From: Candidatus Gottesmanbacteria bacterium GW2011_GWA2_43_14
Lineage (GTDB): Bacteria > Patescibacteriota > Microgenomatia > 2-02-FULL-39-11
DNA: 64,000 bases
Assembly: GCA_000999095.1 (NCBI GenBank)
Contig: LCFP01000003.1
Span: forward strand, 93,437-157,436
Direction of reading: 5' to 3'
Positions within the stretch are counted from its first letter, which is position 1, and every line of letters begins with the position of its first letter. Shown here piece after piece: positions 18,142 through 29,531 of the stretch. The position numbers and the translations under genes were made by a program. The notes beneath the pieces are model-generated. The model worked only from the letters and a program-made list of their open reading frames with translations. It was not told where the DNA came from and did not search any database.

Positions 18142-18807
18142 ATGGAGAAAAGCAATCCCAAGTTGAAAAATTATTTTCTCTATCTATTCGGGATCGCACT
18201 GGCTGCTCTGGTTTTGATAATGCTGTTTTCCAAAAATCCTTCATCAACTACCGCCCCGGACGAATCGGGACAACCTTCGCCTGAGACAAGCGGGCAGTAT
18301 CCGGCACCGCCGGTAAATTCTCTGAAAGCTGACGGGAAATACCAGGCGGTCATCGCCACTGACGAAGGGGAGATAACCGTGGATTTGTTTTCCGAAGAAA
18401 CCCCGGTGACTGTCAATAATTTCGTTTTTCTCTCCCGCGAAGGCTTTTATGACGGGACAATTTTCCACAGGGTGATTGCGGATTTCATGATCCAGGGAGG
18501 CGATCCGAACGGAGACGGCAGCGGAGGGCCCGGATATATTTTTAACGACGAAAAAATCACGCTGGATTATGAAAGAGGCATGGTAGCCATGGCCAACAGG
18601 GGTCCGAATACCAACGGCAGCCAGTTTTTCATTATGCACAAGGATTATGAACTTCCCAAAGACTACGTCATTTTCGGCCAGGTCACCAAAGGTATGGAAA
18701 CAGTAGACAAAATAGCTACCGTCGAAACGACCGATACCGGCTCCGGTGAAAAATCCACACCTGTTGCCCCCGTCAAAGTAAACAAAGTGACAATCACCGA
18801 ATCCTGA
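18142..18807 (+). CDS. Cyclophilin-type peptidyl-prolyl isomerase, membrane anchored
   Basis: FHRVIADFMIQGGDP, AMANRGPNTNGSQFFI. Confidence 0.95.
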   Translation: MEKSNPKLKNYFLYLFGIALAALVLIMLFSKNPSSTTAPDESGQPSPETSGQYPAPPVNSLKADGKYQAVIATDEGEITVDLFSEETPVTVNNFVFLSREGFYDGTIFHRVIADFMIQGGDPNGDGSGGPGYIFNDEKITLDYERGMVAMANRGPNTNGSQFFIMHKDYELPKDYVIFGQVTKGMETVDKIATVETTDTGSGEKSTPVAPVKVNKVTITES

Positions 18808-18817
18808 TAATCCGGAA

Positions 18818-20998
18818 TTATTTTACAACGGGCCAGGGGGAGACAATCAGGGGAACCCTGTTTTCGGGGGATAGTTGCTTATTCAATTCCTCGGTGATGA
18901 ACGGCATGAAGGGATGCAGAAGTTTCAGCGAAGTTATAAAAACATGCGTTAAAACTGCCAGAGCTTGCCGGTCGTAGTTTTTCAAACGGTCTTTTACGGC
19001 CTCGATGTATTTATCGGCAAGTGAATGCCAGAGGAATTCATAAAGTGCTTCCGCCCCCTTGTCAAAACGGAATTCTTCAACCGTTTCGGTGACTACCTCC
19101 GTAAGTTTCGTTAATTCTCCGAGGATTTTTTTATCTTCGGCATTGGTTGATTTTTCAACCGATAAATTTTCAGGATATTTTTTCTGATTGCGGTAACTTT
19201 CCCGGTGCATTTTGACAAATCTGCCGATATTCCAGAGTTTGTTGGAAAAATTGCGCATGCCCCGGATTTTATCCTCTGACATCGGCACGTCATTGCCGAA
19301 AGCAGTGCCGAAAACGAGAGCCATCCTGAGGGCATCGGCTCCGTAAAGATCTGCCATCGACAGCGGGTTGATGACATTGCCGCGGCTTTTGCTCATCTTT
19401 TGTCCTTTGGCATCCCGGACCAGACCGTGAAGGCAGACGGTTTGAAAGGGAATTTCGCCTGTAGCATATAGGCCTAGCATGATCATGCGGCAGACCCACC
19501 AGGGGAGGATATCGTAGCCGGTTTCCATAACGGAAGTCGGATAAAAATATCCAAAATCTTTTTTGCTGTTAACTTCCAGGGTGGCAAAAGGCCACTGGCC
19601 TGAGGAAAACCAGGTATCAAAAGTATCCGGGTCCTGTTCAAGATTTTGCCCTTTGCATTTCGGGCAGGAGGAAGGAGAATTGCCGTCAGTGACAATCCAT
19701 TCATCATTTCGGCAATCCAGGCATTTCCAGGCAGGAATCCTGATGCCCCAGACCACCTGGCGGCTGATGTTCCAGTCACGGAAATTAGTAAGCCACTGCA
19801 AGGCAATTTTTTCATATCTTTTGGGAGCAAATTTTATTTTTTTGCTTTTTACGGAAGCTATGGCTTTATCGGCCAATGGTCTGATCTTGATATACCACTG
19901 GGGCAGAGGCAACGGTTCAATGGTTGCGCCGCATTTATAACAGGTGCCGATGCGGTGGGTATATTTTTCATCAGTTTTTATAAGCAGTCCGTCAGCTTTG
20001 AGATCTTCGACCATCAGATCCCTGGCAGCTTTTACTTTTTTGCCGTGATACTTTTCCGCCCGCGCCCTGTATTTGGGGTCTATATTTTTTTGTGACAAGA
20101 ACCAGGAAAAATCCATACGGCCGGCAAAATCAATGATGGGAGTAACAGACAGGTTGAATTTATGCCCAAGCTCAAAATCATGAGGGTCATGGGCCGGGGT
20201 CACTTTCATGATTCCGGTACCGAAGTCCGGATCTACCTCAGGATCAGGAATAACTGTCATTTTAACCGGCCCCAAGAGCCCCATGATTTCAAAAGTTTTG
20301 CCGAGGGATGATTTGTATCTCTTGTCATCGGGATTGACTGCCAATGCCGTGTCACGGAATTTTGTCTCGGGCCTGGATGTGGCGATCGTAAACGGACCGT
20401 ACTTCATATAATAAAGCGGGTCTGTTCTTTCCACATAGAGCACTTCCAAGTCGGAGAAACCGGTGCCGTCTTTGGTGCAATAATTGACCAGCCGGTTATC
20501 TCGGTATAAAAGCCCGTCGTCATGGAGTTTTTTAAAAGTGCGGTGGACGATTTTAATAATTTCCGGATCAAGCGTAAAGACCTGGCGGGACCAGTCCAGG
20601 GAGAATCCCAGACGGCGCAACTGGTTTTCCATATTGCCGCGGTTTTCGTGGACGAAATCCCAGATCATTTTATAAAGGGTTTCCCTGTCAAAATCGAAGC
20701 GGCTTTTGCCTTCTTTCTGCAGTTTTTTTTCAAATACAAACTGAGTTTCAAAACCGGCATGGTCAGCGCCCGGCAGCCAGAGGGTGGCATCACCTTTCAT
20801 GCGATGGTAGCGGATCATGATGTCTTCAACCGTATACATGGCATGTCCCAGATGTAAATCGGCATTGGCATTGGGCGGAGGCAGGATGATTGCGAAGGGT
20901 GTTTTAACTTTATTCGCTTCGGGTCTAAAGTACCCTTTTTTCTCCCAGAAGGTATACCAATTTTTTTCAATTTCCTGATGTTTGTAGCGTTTATCCAT
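18818..20998 (-). CDS. valS: Valine--tRNA ligase (lacks the C-terminal coiled-coil arm)
   Basis: PPPNAN..LHLGHA, DHAG, TPAHD, WNISRQ, KMSKS; ends at SPWP; start taken at MDKRY. Confidence 0.97.
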   Translation of the reverse strand: MDKRYKHQEIEKNWYTFWEKKGYFRPEANKVKTPFAIILPPPNANADLHLGHAMYTVEDIMIRYHRMKGDATLWLPGADHAGFETQFVFEKKLQKEGKSRFDFDRETLYKMIWDFVHENRGNMENQLRRLGFSLDWSRQVFTLDPEIIKIVHRTFKKLHDDGLLYRDNRLVNYCTKDGTGFSDLEVLYVERTDPLYYMKYGPFTIATSRPETKFRDTALAVNPDDKRYKSSLGKTFEIMGLLGPVKMTVIPDPEVDPDFGTGIMKVTPAHDPHDFELGHKFNLSVTPIIDFAGRMDFSWFLSQKNIDPKYRARAEKYHGKKVKAARDLMVEDLKADGLLIKTDEKYTHRIGTCYKCGATIEPLPLPQWYIKIRPLADKAIASVKSKKIKFAPKRYEKIALQWLTNFRDWNISRQVVWGIRIPAWKCLDCRNDEWIVTDGNSPSSCPKCKGQNLEQDPDTFDTWFSSGQWPFATLEVNSKKDFGYFYPTSVMETGYDILPWWVCRMIMLGLYATGEIPFQTVCLHGLVRDAKGQKMSKSRGNVINPLSMADLYGADALRMALVFGTAFGNDVPMSEDKIRGMRNFSNKLWNIGRFVKMHRESYRNQKKYPENLSVEKSTNAEDKKILGELTKLTEVVTETVEEFRFDKGAEALYEFLWHSLADKYIEAVKDRLKNYDRQALAVLTHVFITSLKLLHPFMPFITEELNKQLSPENRVPLIVSPWPVVK

Positions 20999-21008
20999 AA
21001 GATTTGGG

Positions 21009-22037
21009 CTAATTATACTCCACTTCCATGCCAGGCTGTGCCTCAACCTGACGCCAGGGGGCGGCCTTGCCCCGGAAAAAAGCATAAGCGGCAATATAAG
21101 ACGCGTTGTCAGTACAGAGGTTTGGGGGAGGAATATGGAGAGAAATTTCGGATTTTGACCTTTTGATTTCCGATTTCATTTTTTCAGTCAGCCGGCTGTT
21201 GGCGGCAACTCCGCCTCCGACCAGCAGGCTTTTCACCTGATGGATTTGGGAAGCCCTGAGCGTTTTTTTTACCAGGACATCTGTGATGGCCTCTTCTATT
21301 TCCAAAGCCAGTTCCGCTTTTTGCCCGGAGGTAATACCCGCTTTTCCCATTTTTTGGACTTCCCTTAAAACAGCTGTTTTAAGCCCTGAAAATGAAAAAT
21401 TCAAATTGTCAGTTCCTGTCATCGGACGGGGCAGGCGGATGCCTGAAAGTGATTTTTTTAGGCGGATTCCGGCTGCTGCTTTTGCTATGGCCGGTCCTCC
21501 CGGGTAACCCAAGCCTAAAAGCCGGGCAGTCTTGTCAAAAGCTTCTCCGGCTGCATCATCCAGGGTCCCTCCCAACCAGATAATTTCCCGGTGGCTTTTA
21601 AGAAGGTAAAGTTCAGTGTGGCCTCCGGAGACTACCAGGCCAAGAGAGGGAAATACAGGAGGATTTTCAGGTTTTAGAAAATTTGCATAAAGATGGGCTA
21701 AAACATGGTTGACGGGAATAAGGGGTTTTCCACAGGCTAAGCTGAGCGTTTTGGCCGCTTCGACACCGACTAGTAGCGAGCCGATAAGTCCGGGACCGAC
21801 GGTTACGGCTATGGCATCAATGTTCTGCAGAGCAGTTCCGGAGATTTCCAACGCTTCATTAATGGTCGGGATAATGCACCTGACCTGCTCGCGGGCAGCT
21901 TTTTCAGGTATGATGCCTCCGTATTTTTCATGCATCCACATTGATGAGGAAACAATGTTTGAGAGGATGGTTGTGCCGTCTCGAACTACCGCTGCGGCGG
22001 TCTCATCGCAGGAAGATTCTATACCCAGGATGATCAT
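21009..22037 (-). CDS. tsaD: t6A37 threonylcarbamoyltransferase TsaD
   Basis: GIESSCDETA, GPGL, H..AH, VSGGHT, DDAAGEAFDK, CTDNA. Confidence 0.97.
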   Translation of the reverse strand: MIILGIESSCDETAAAVVRDGTTILSNIVSSSMWMHEKYGGIIPEKAAREQVRCIIPTINEALEISGTALQNIDAIAVTVGPGLIGSLLVGVEAAKTLSLACGKPLIPVNHVLAHLYANFLKPENPPVFPSLGLVVSGGHTELYLLKSHREIIWLGGTLDDAAGEAFDKTARLLGLGYPGGPAIAKAAAGIRLKKSLSGIRLPRPMTGTDNLNFSFSGLKTAVLREVQKMGKAGITSGQKAELALEIEEAITDVLVKKTLRASQIHQVKSLLVGGGVAANSRLTEKMKSEIKRSKSEISLHIPPPNLCTDNASYIAAYAFFRGKAAPWRQVEAQPGMEVEYN

Positions 22038-22525
22038 AAATGCTCTTTCTTCAGAAGATCCGCAATCCGTGATGATGACAGGGATTTATTGAAGGGCAAG
22101 ACTTTCAATTGGCCACCGCTTTTTTCCGCCTGGCTTTTTTTGAGATCAAGCAAAGGATCATTGTCGGTTGCGGCGATCACATCAGGCTCCAGCCTTCTGA
22201 TTAACTCATCGTAACCGGCATCCGATTCAATAAGAGGCAACATGACAATAAAAGCTACCGAAGTCAGTGAGGCTAGCATTTCCGCCCGCTCTTTTTGGGA
22301 AAAGACAGGCCTGAGCTCGCCTTTCAGAAGTCTCACTTTTTCATCCGGTTCCAGTAAAATGAACACTCTGCCTCCCAATTTTTCCGCTGAACGGATGAAT
22401 TTGATATGTCCCGGGTGGAGAATGTCAAAACAGCCGCCGACGACAGTAACTACAGTCCGACTTTTCTTATAGGATTTAATTATCGCTTCTGCTTTTTTAA
22501 CTGAAATTATTTTGTTAACCGGCAT
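22034..22525 (-). CDS. Cytidylyltransferase-family protein (TagD/RfaE/RibL-like)
   Basis: GGCFDILHPGH, KG..RP...ER, SSS. Confidence 0.85.
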   Translation of the reverse strand: MPVNKIISVKKAEAIIKSYKKSRTVVTVVGGCFDILHPGHIKFIRSAEKLGGRVFILLEPDEKVRLLKGELRPVFSQKERAEMLASLTSVAFIVMLPLIESDAGYDELIRRLEPDVIAATDNDPLLDLKKSQAEKSGGQLKVLPFNKSLSSSRIADLLKKEHL

Positions 22526-22552
22526 GTGTCTAGCTATATCACACCTGGTGTG
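22524..22552 (+). repeat. REP-like element copy 1 (right arm truncated)
   Basis: ATGTGTCTAGCT-ATATCACACC-T-GGTGTG. Confidence 0.9.
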
Positions 22553-22559
22553 TGCAGAA

Positions 22560-24029
22560 TTATACTTTTGTCCCTCTCATAAAAACGGCCTGCCATGGTT
22601 GGAAGGAAGAGAAGAAAGTTTTTTCAATCAGGGTTTCGTTATTGCGTGTCACCCGGTAGGTAAAACTGGTTTTCGCTCCCCACGCTTTCCAATCAACCTG
22701 TTTGACGACGCCGTTGTTTAAAGTGGGGTCGTCGATGTAAAGATCATCCGGCGGGGCTGCCTGGGATAGGATAATCGGTTTACCGACTTCGGCCACCCTG
22801 CCGTCGGCAGTCCCGTAAAGTTCAAAAGTCAGGCCATAATTGGCTTTATCGGTTTTAGCCTGGATAAGCAGGTAATTGCCGGTATCGTTTTTGAATTTTA
22901 AATCCACACTGGGTGCGAAAACAGTAGCGTCAATACCCGGTCCGGAATCCTGCTCATAATAGCTGACGCGGTAGGAATGGGCATGCCTTTCTTCGATAGG
23001 CAGTCCCGCGGCAAGGGCAGCCCGGAAAAGAGTGGTTGATACCTGGCAAACTCCGCCCCCGTCGCCAAGAACGGTCCGGCCGTCTTTAATAATGTAGGCA
23101 GCCTGGAAACCCGTGGCCGCCGACACATCCCCGAGAGCTTCATTAAAGGAAAAAATTTCGTCGGGAGCAATCAGGCGGCCATTGAACCGGGAAGCGGCCA
23201 GTTCCACATTGTGTACGCGGCCGGGAATCGAACCCGTAAATCTTGAGGTGCCGACCCCCACCAGTTCCTTAATGCCGAAATCATTGGAATTTTCGGTGGT
23301 TACGGCCGGTTCCAGTTTTTCCACCGGTAATTTCAGGCGGTAAGCAACAGGCGGGGATGATCCCCGGTCAATTTCTTCAAAATAAGCCAGTATCATGGAA
23401 GTAGTTTTATCCCTGTTTAAGGCAAGACCGCTTTTTGACGGAGTAAAGAGGAGTACTTTGCCCTCTTCAAATTTAAAAGTGGCATCCTGCGCAGGCCGGT
23501 TAACCAGGGAAGCGAAATAATCCAGGTTTTCCTCCAGGATCTGCGGGTTAAAGCGGAAAACACTGTCAAGATTTGTGCCGAGGGAAGCAGCCTGCCATTT
23601 CTGGTAAAGGTCAGACAAAAAATTGCCTGACCGGCCCAATGAAAAAGCCTGGTCAGCCGAAAGTCGGCCGTCATAGGAAGCTTCCAGCTCGACGGCTGAG
23701 ATAGTGGCTGTTTTGTCTTCATATGACATGATAATCGAAGCATCAGTAAAAACGGCACTTTTTGCCTCAAAATGGCGGATGACGTCTTCTCTGGTTTTAC
23801 CGCCAAAAGGCAAGCTGTCGATGGTCACACCGGGGTAAATCCGGTCACTATAGATATTGTCGTAATGAAGATAGGCGCTTACCAGAAAAACCACCATCAG
23901 AAGCGACAAAAGAAAGGGCACGAGAAGTAGGATTTTTAACAGCCTTTTGTGGCCGTACAAACGGTGCAAATGCCCGTAATTCAGTTTATCTTCCGGTGTG
24001 TTTTGTTTATTCTTTTTAGCCTTGACCAT
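22560..24029 (-). CDS. VanW-family protein with peptidoglycan-binding (PG_binding_4) domains
   Basis: IYPGVTID, R.HNVELA, FSFNEALG, GGGVCQVSTTLFRA, ERHAHS, DLKFKN. Confidence 0.92.
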   Translation of the reverse strand: MVKAKKNKQNTPEDKLNYGHLHRLYGHKRLLKILLLVPFLLSLLMVVFLVSAYLHYDNIYSDRIYPGVTIDSLPFGGKTREDVIRHFEAKSAVFTDASIIMSYEDKTATISAVELEASYDGRLSADQAFSLGRSGNFLSDLYQKWQAASLGTNLDSVFRFNPQILEENLDYFASLVNRPAQDATFKFEEGKVLLFTPSKSGLALNRDKTTSMILAYFEEIDRGSSPPVAYRLKLPVEKLEPAVTTENSNDFGIKELVGVGTSRFTGSIPGRVHNVELAASRFNGRLIAPDEIFSFNEALGDVSAATGFQAAYIIKDGRTVLGDGGGVCQVSTTLFRAALAAGLPIEERHAHSYRVSYYEQDSGPGIDATVFAPSVDLKFKNDTGNYLLIQAKTDKANYGLTFELYGTADGRVAEVGKPIILSQAAPPDDLYIDDPTLNNGVVKQVDWKAWGAKTSFTYRVTRNNETLIEKTFFSSFQPWQAVFMRGTKV

Positions 24030-24060
24030 GGTTAAATATTGCGGTTATGATAGCATAAGA

Positions 24061-25620
24061 ATGGGTGACTCAGCAAAAGACGGTTCAAGCGGGGAGATCT
24101 TTTCCGGAAAAGAGCAATCAGCTTATCAGGAAGCCATGCAGGCTCCGGAAGAGGACCTTCATGTCCGGGAGGAACCTTACCAACAAACGGAAAGCCAGAC
24201 CGAACAGCCAGGCCTGGATATGCCGCCACCTCCTGACGGACAGCCGCCGCCACCCTTTGTCGAAGACAACCGCAAGAAATTTCTCTTTATTTTCATCTTC
24301 ATCATTTTTATCGTCGTGGTAGGACTGTTTGCTTTCAGCCTGGTCCGGGGCAGAGGTCAAAAACCGCAGGAAACGGAAAAAATTACCCTGAATTATTGGG
24401 GCTTGTGGGAGGAACCCGAGGTAATGCGTCCGGTATTTGATGAATATACAGCAAAAAATCCGCACATAACTGTTAACTATCAAAGGCAGGATCCTGTCCA
24501 GTACCGAGAACGTCTTACGGCCGCAATCGACCGGGATGAGGGTCCTGACATTTTCCGTTTTCACAATACCTGGCTGCCGATGTTGGCAAACCATCTGGAC
24601 AGCCTGCCAAATGAAATCTATTCGGCTGAGGAATTCGCAAAGATGTTTTACCCTGTTGCCGTAAAAGATCTGAAATCCGGAGATAATTTTTACGGCCTGC
24701 CCCTGGAAATAGACGGACTGGTTCTGTTTTACAATACGGACATTCTTGAGGGAGCAAATGTAGCTATCCCCAAAACCTGGGTAGATGTGCAAAATGCGGT
24801 CAGCAAACTGACCGTTAAGGAAGAAAACCGGATAGTCACTTCCAGCATATCCCTGGGTACGGCGGAAAATATTGCCCATTTCAGCGATATATTGGGCCTG
24901 ATGCTGCTGCAGAACGGCACGGTTCTTTCGAAATCATTGTTTAGCTGTGCCGACAGTTCGACTGTAAACTGCGGTGTGGAAGCCCTGACTTTTTACCGGA
25001 AGTTCGCTGATGAGCCGAACAATACCTGGGATTTGACGCTGGAAAATTCACTGGCAGCTTTTGCAGGTGGAAAAACAGCCATGATGCTGGCTCCCAGCTG
25101 GCAGGCAATAACCGTAAACACCATGAACCCTGACTTGAATTTCAAAACCGCTCAGGTACCCCAGTTGCCATGCGACCGCGATCCCTGCCCGGGTGTCAAC
25201 TGGGCGTCTTACTGGGTGGAGGGGGTGTCAGCCAAATCCGTCAGTAAAGATGAAGCCTGGAAATTGTTAAAATTCCTGACACAACCTGAGACGATGAGAA
25301 AACTTTATGCTGAACAGGTGAAAATGAGGAAACTTTCCGGGGAACCGTATTCACGGGTCGAAATGGGCAAAGAGCTTTCTGATAATCCCTACGTAAGCTC
25401 TGTCATCGCCAGCGCTCCCAGCATGCAGTCTTTTTATCTGGCTTCCCAAACATATGATGGGGAAACAGGCATCAATACGAGTCTGATTACCTATTTGAAG
25501 GACGCTGTCAACTCGTTGGAGCAGGGCAGCTCCAGCGAGACTGCCCTTAAGACAGCTGAAAGCGGTTTCGATCAGGTGCTCATCAGATTCGGTTTAAAGG
25601 AAGCCCCGCCCGAAGAATAA
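24061..25620 (+). CDS. Membrane-anchored extracellular solute-binding protein (sugar-binding family)
   Basis: TM then LNYWGLWE, GPDIF, YGLP...D.LVLFYN, FAGGKTAM. Confidence 0.85.
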   Translation: MGDSAKDGSSGEIFSGKEQSAYQEAMQAPEEDLHVREEPYQQTESQTEQPGLDMPPPPDGQPPPPFVEDNRKKFLFIFIFIIFIVVVGLFAFSLVRGRGQKPQETEKITLNYWGLWEEPEVMRPVFDEYTAKNPHITVNYQRQDPVQYRERLTAAIDRDEGPDIFRFHNTWLPMLANHLDSLPNEIYSAEEFAKMFYPVAVKDLKSGDNFYGLPLEIDGLVLFYNTDILEGANVAIPKTWVDVQNAVSKLTVKEENRIVTSSISLGTAENIAHFSDILGLMLLQNGTVLSKSLFSCADSSTVNCGVEALTFYRKFADEPNNTWDLTLENSLAAFAGGKTAMMLAPSWQAITVNTMNPDLNFKTAQVPQLPCDRDPCPGVNWASYWVEGVSAKSVSKDEAWKLLKFLTQPETMRKLYAEQVKMRKLSGEPYSRVEMGKELSDNPYVSSVIASAPSMQSFYLASQTYDGETGINTSLITYLKDAVNSLEQGSSSETALKTAESGFDQVLIRFGLKEAPPEE

Positions 25621-25627
25621 AAACCTT

Positions 25628-26500
25628 ATGTCTCTATCCCTTGAGGATGCCATCATCCGCACCATTTGCTATGCAGACGTATTTGATTTTCCACTCACCA
25701 TTCCCGAAGTCAGAAAATATCTGATAGGTTTCAGTTTGCCTGGTTTAAAAGAAAAAGACCTGATAAAAAAAGTTAAATACCTCCCGGATATATCCTCTAA
25801 GTCCGGTTACTATTTTTTAAAAGGCCGGGAAACCAATGTTTCCGGGCGTCTTAGAAAAGAATATTTTTCCGGTCAAAAATACAAACTTCTTCAAAAAATA
25901 TTAAAATTCATGACTTTCTGGCCCCAGGTTTTAATGATAGGAGTAACTGGTACCCTGGCCATGAATAACGCCGACCGGGATGATGACATCGATCTGCTTC
26001 TCGTTTCCGACAGCAGGCAATTGTGGACTACCAGGTTTCTGGTGGTCAGCCTGCTTAAGACTTTGGGTTTATACAGAAATCCCAAGGATACAAAAGTAAA
26101 CAATAAAATCTGTTTAAATATGTATTTGGATGAAAATCACCTCGAATTACCTGTGGCTGAAAGAGATTTATACAGCGCCCATGAAATCATCCAGCTCCTG
26201 CCGGTTTATGACCGGGGAGGATATTATCAGAAATTCCGGTCTTCAAACAGCTGGGTCAACCAGTTTTTGCCGAATAGCGAAGTTTTTGCCGGTAACAATT
26301 CAGAAAATCCTTCCGGAAAAAGCCGACAGGAGCTATTTACCGAATCCATTTTACGGAAAATCCAGCTCTGGAAAATCAACAAAAACCTGTCCAATGAAGT
26401 CATCCGGCCGGGATTCCTGCGGTTTCACCCCCATGACAACAGGGAAAAAATTCTTAAGAAATACCAGCACAATCTGCAAAAAATTCATACAATCCCCTGA
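25628..26500 (+). CDS. Pol-beta superfamily nucleotidyltransferase-domain protein
   Basis: GVTGTLA.NN...DDDIDLLLV, KICLN, DLYSAHEI. Confidence 0.7.
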   Translation: MSLSLEDAIIRTICYADVFDFPLTIPEVRKYLIGFSLPGLKEKDLIKKVKYLPDISSKSGYYFLKGRETNVSGRLRKEYFSGQKYKLLQKILKFMTFWPQVLMIGVTGTLAMNNADRDDDIDLLLVSDSRQLWTTRFLVVSLLKTLGLYRNPKDTKVNNKICLNMYLDENHLELPVAERDLYSAHEIIQLLPVYDRGGYYQKFRSSNSWVNQFLPNSEVFAGNNSENPSGKSRQELFTESILRKIQLWKINKNLSNEVIRPGFLRFHPHDNREKILKKYQHNLQKIHTIP

Positions 26501-26561
26501 TAAATTATGTTAATATAGATAATTATCTATTTATTAATTCATTACCTGTAAGGAGGATTTT

Positions 26562-26963
26562 ATGAAGATGAATCCCGTAATTCATTTTGAAATGTCCGCG
26601 GACAATCAGAACCGCGCGGCTGAATTTTATGCCAAAGTTTTCGGCTGGCAGTATAAAAAGACCGGAGCTGAAATGGGAAATTATGTCGTCGTGTCAACTA
26701 CCGAATCAGACGAAAAAGGCCCGAAGAAACCGGGGGCTATAAACGGCGGGCTTTACGATAGGTCGCAGGTTAAACCTGACCAGCAGTACCCATCGGTTGT
26801 CATCCATGTTGAGGATTACAAGGAGCACATGGAGAAAATTGAGAAGGAAGGCGGCAAAATTCTCGGCGAACCAATGGAAATCCCGGGTGTCGGCTGGTAC
26901 GTTTCATTCAGGGATACGGAAGGCAACAGGGTAGGCATCCTCCAGCCGATTCCTATGAATTAA
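26562..26963 (+). CDS. VOC/glyoxalase family protein
   Basis: VIHFE, FY.KVFGW, INGG, FRDTEGN. Confidence 0.92.
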   Translation: MKMNPVIHFEMSADNQNRAAEFYAKVFGWQYKKTGAEMGNYVVVSTTESDEKGPKKPGAINGGLYDRSQVKPDQQYPSVVIHVEDYKEHMEKIEKEGGKILGEPMEIPGVGWYVSFRDTEGNRVGILQPIPMN

Positions 26964-26964
26964 A

Positions 26965-27318
26965 ATGCTTAATCTGAATTCCATCATGCTGGGGACACGC
27001 AAGCCGAAAGTTCTGGCTGACTTTTACGAAAAGGTTTTGGCGAAAAAAGCGGACTGGTCAGAAAAAGGCTGGTACGGTTGGAAAATGGGAGAAGTAAGTT
27101 TTTCCATAGGGGAGCATTCCGAAGTTGAGGGTAAAGCCAAGGAACCGCAGAGAATTATATTTAATTTGGAAACCAAGAAAGTCAAAGAGGAGTTTGACAG
27201 GATCAAATCCGCCGGGGCCAGGGTAATCAAAGAGCCTTATGAAATGGGGGGAATGTGGATAGCCACTTTTGCCGACCCTGACGGAAATTATTTCCAGTTA
27301 ATGACTCCATGGGAATAG
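26965..27318 (+). CDS. VOC/glyoxalase family protein
   Basis: FYEKVL, FADPDGNYFQL. Confidence 0.9.
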   Translation: MLNLNSIMLGTRKPKVLADFYEKVLAKKADWSEKGWYGWKMGEVSFSIGEHSEVEGKAKEPQRIIFNLETKKVKEEFDRIKSAGARVIKEPYEMGGMWIATFADPDGNYFQLMTPWE

Positions 27319-27329
27319 GACTATACCTC

Positions 27330-27383
27330 TTGACAAGGAAATAATCTTCTTCTAAAATAGCAGTCATCTTAATTAAGTGCCAA
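27330..27383 (+). promoter_or_regulatory. groESL promoter with CIRCE operator
   Basis: TTGACA-17-TAAAAT (27330-27358); ATAGCAGTC-N9-AAGTGCCAA (27357-27383) versus consensus TTAGCACTC-N9-GAGTGCTAA. Confidence 0.85.
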
Positions 27384-27431
27384 AATTAAGGCAAAATTTA
27401 TAAAGATTAATAATTTAACAGGAGCCATATT

Positions 27432-27734
27432 ATGCAAATAAAACCGGGCAGCGTTAAACCCCTTTTTGATAATGTTCTGATCAAACCCCTGGAGGAAGAA
27501 TCCAAGACCCCGTCAGGCATCGTCCTTCCCGAAAGCGCCAAGGAAAAACCGCAGATCGGCCAGATTATGGCTGTCGGACCGGGAGCCATTGATGAGGACG
27601 GCAAAAGAATCCTCATGTCGGTTAAAGTCGGACAGAAAGTCATTTATAAAAAATGGGGCGGCAATGAAGTAAAAATCGATCACCAGGAATGGTTGGTGGT
27701 CGAACAGAAAGACATCATCGCCGTCATTGAGTAA
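27432..27734 (+). CDS. groES: Co-chaperonin GroES
   Basis: KPLFDNVL, SGIVLP..AKEKPQ, AVGPG. Confidence 0.98.
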   Translation: MQIKPGSVKPLFDNVLIKPLEEESKTPSGIVLPESAKEKPQIGQIMAVGPGAIDEDGKRILMSVKVGQKVIYKKWGGNEVKIDHQEWLVVEQKDIIAVIE

Positions 27735-27752
27735 AGATTCATTATTAAATAA

Positions 27753-29420
<1,668 letters not shown>

Positions 29421-29441
29421 GTTAAACTTAAAATTAGAAAC

Positions 29442-29473
29442 AAAAAAAACCCTCCCAAGCAGAGGGTTTTTTT
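29442..29473 (+). terminator. Intrinsic terminator of groESL
   Basis: A8-CCCTC-loop-GAGGG-T7. Confidence 0.85.
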
Positions 29474-29531
29474 ATGGAAAGAATAACTAATTTAGATTGA
29501 ATATGCCTTTCCTACGTGATATATTTAGCAC

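Noticed and set aside
18818-20998. ValRS without the C-terminal arm (and short MetRS) as pseudogenes
   Set aside because: Catalytic motifs are intact and short forms are known in reduced genomes.
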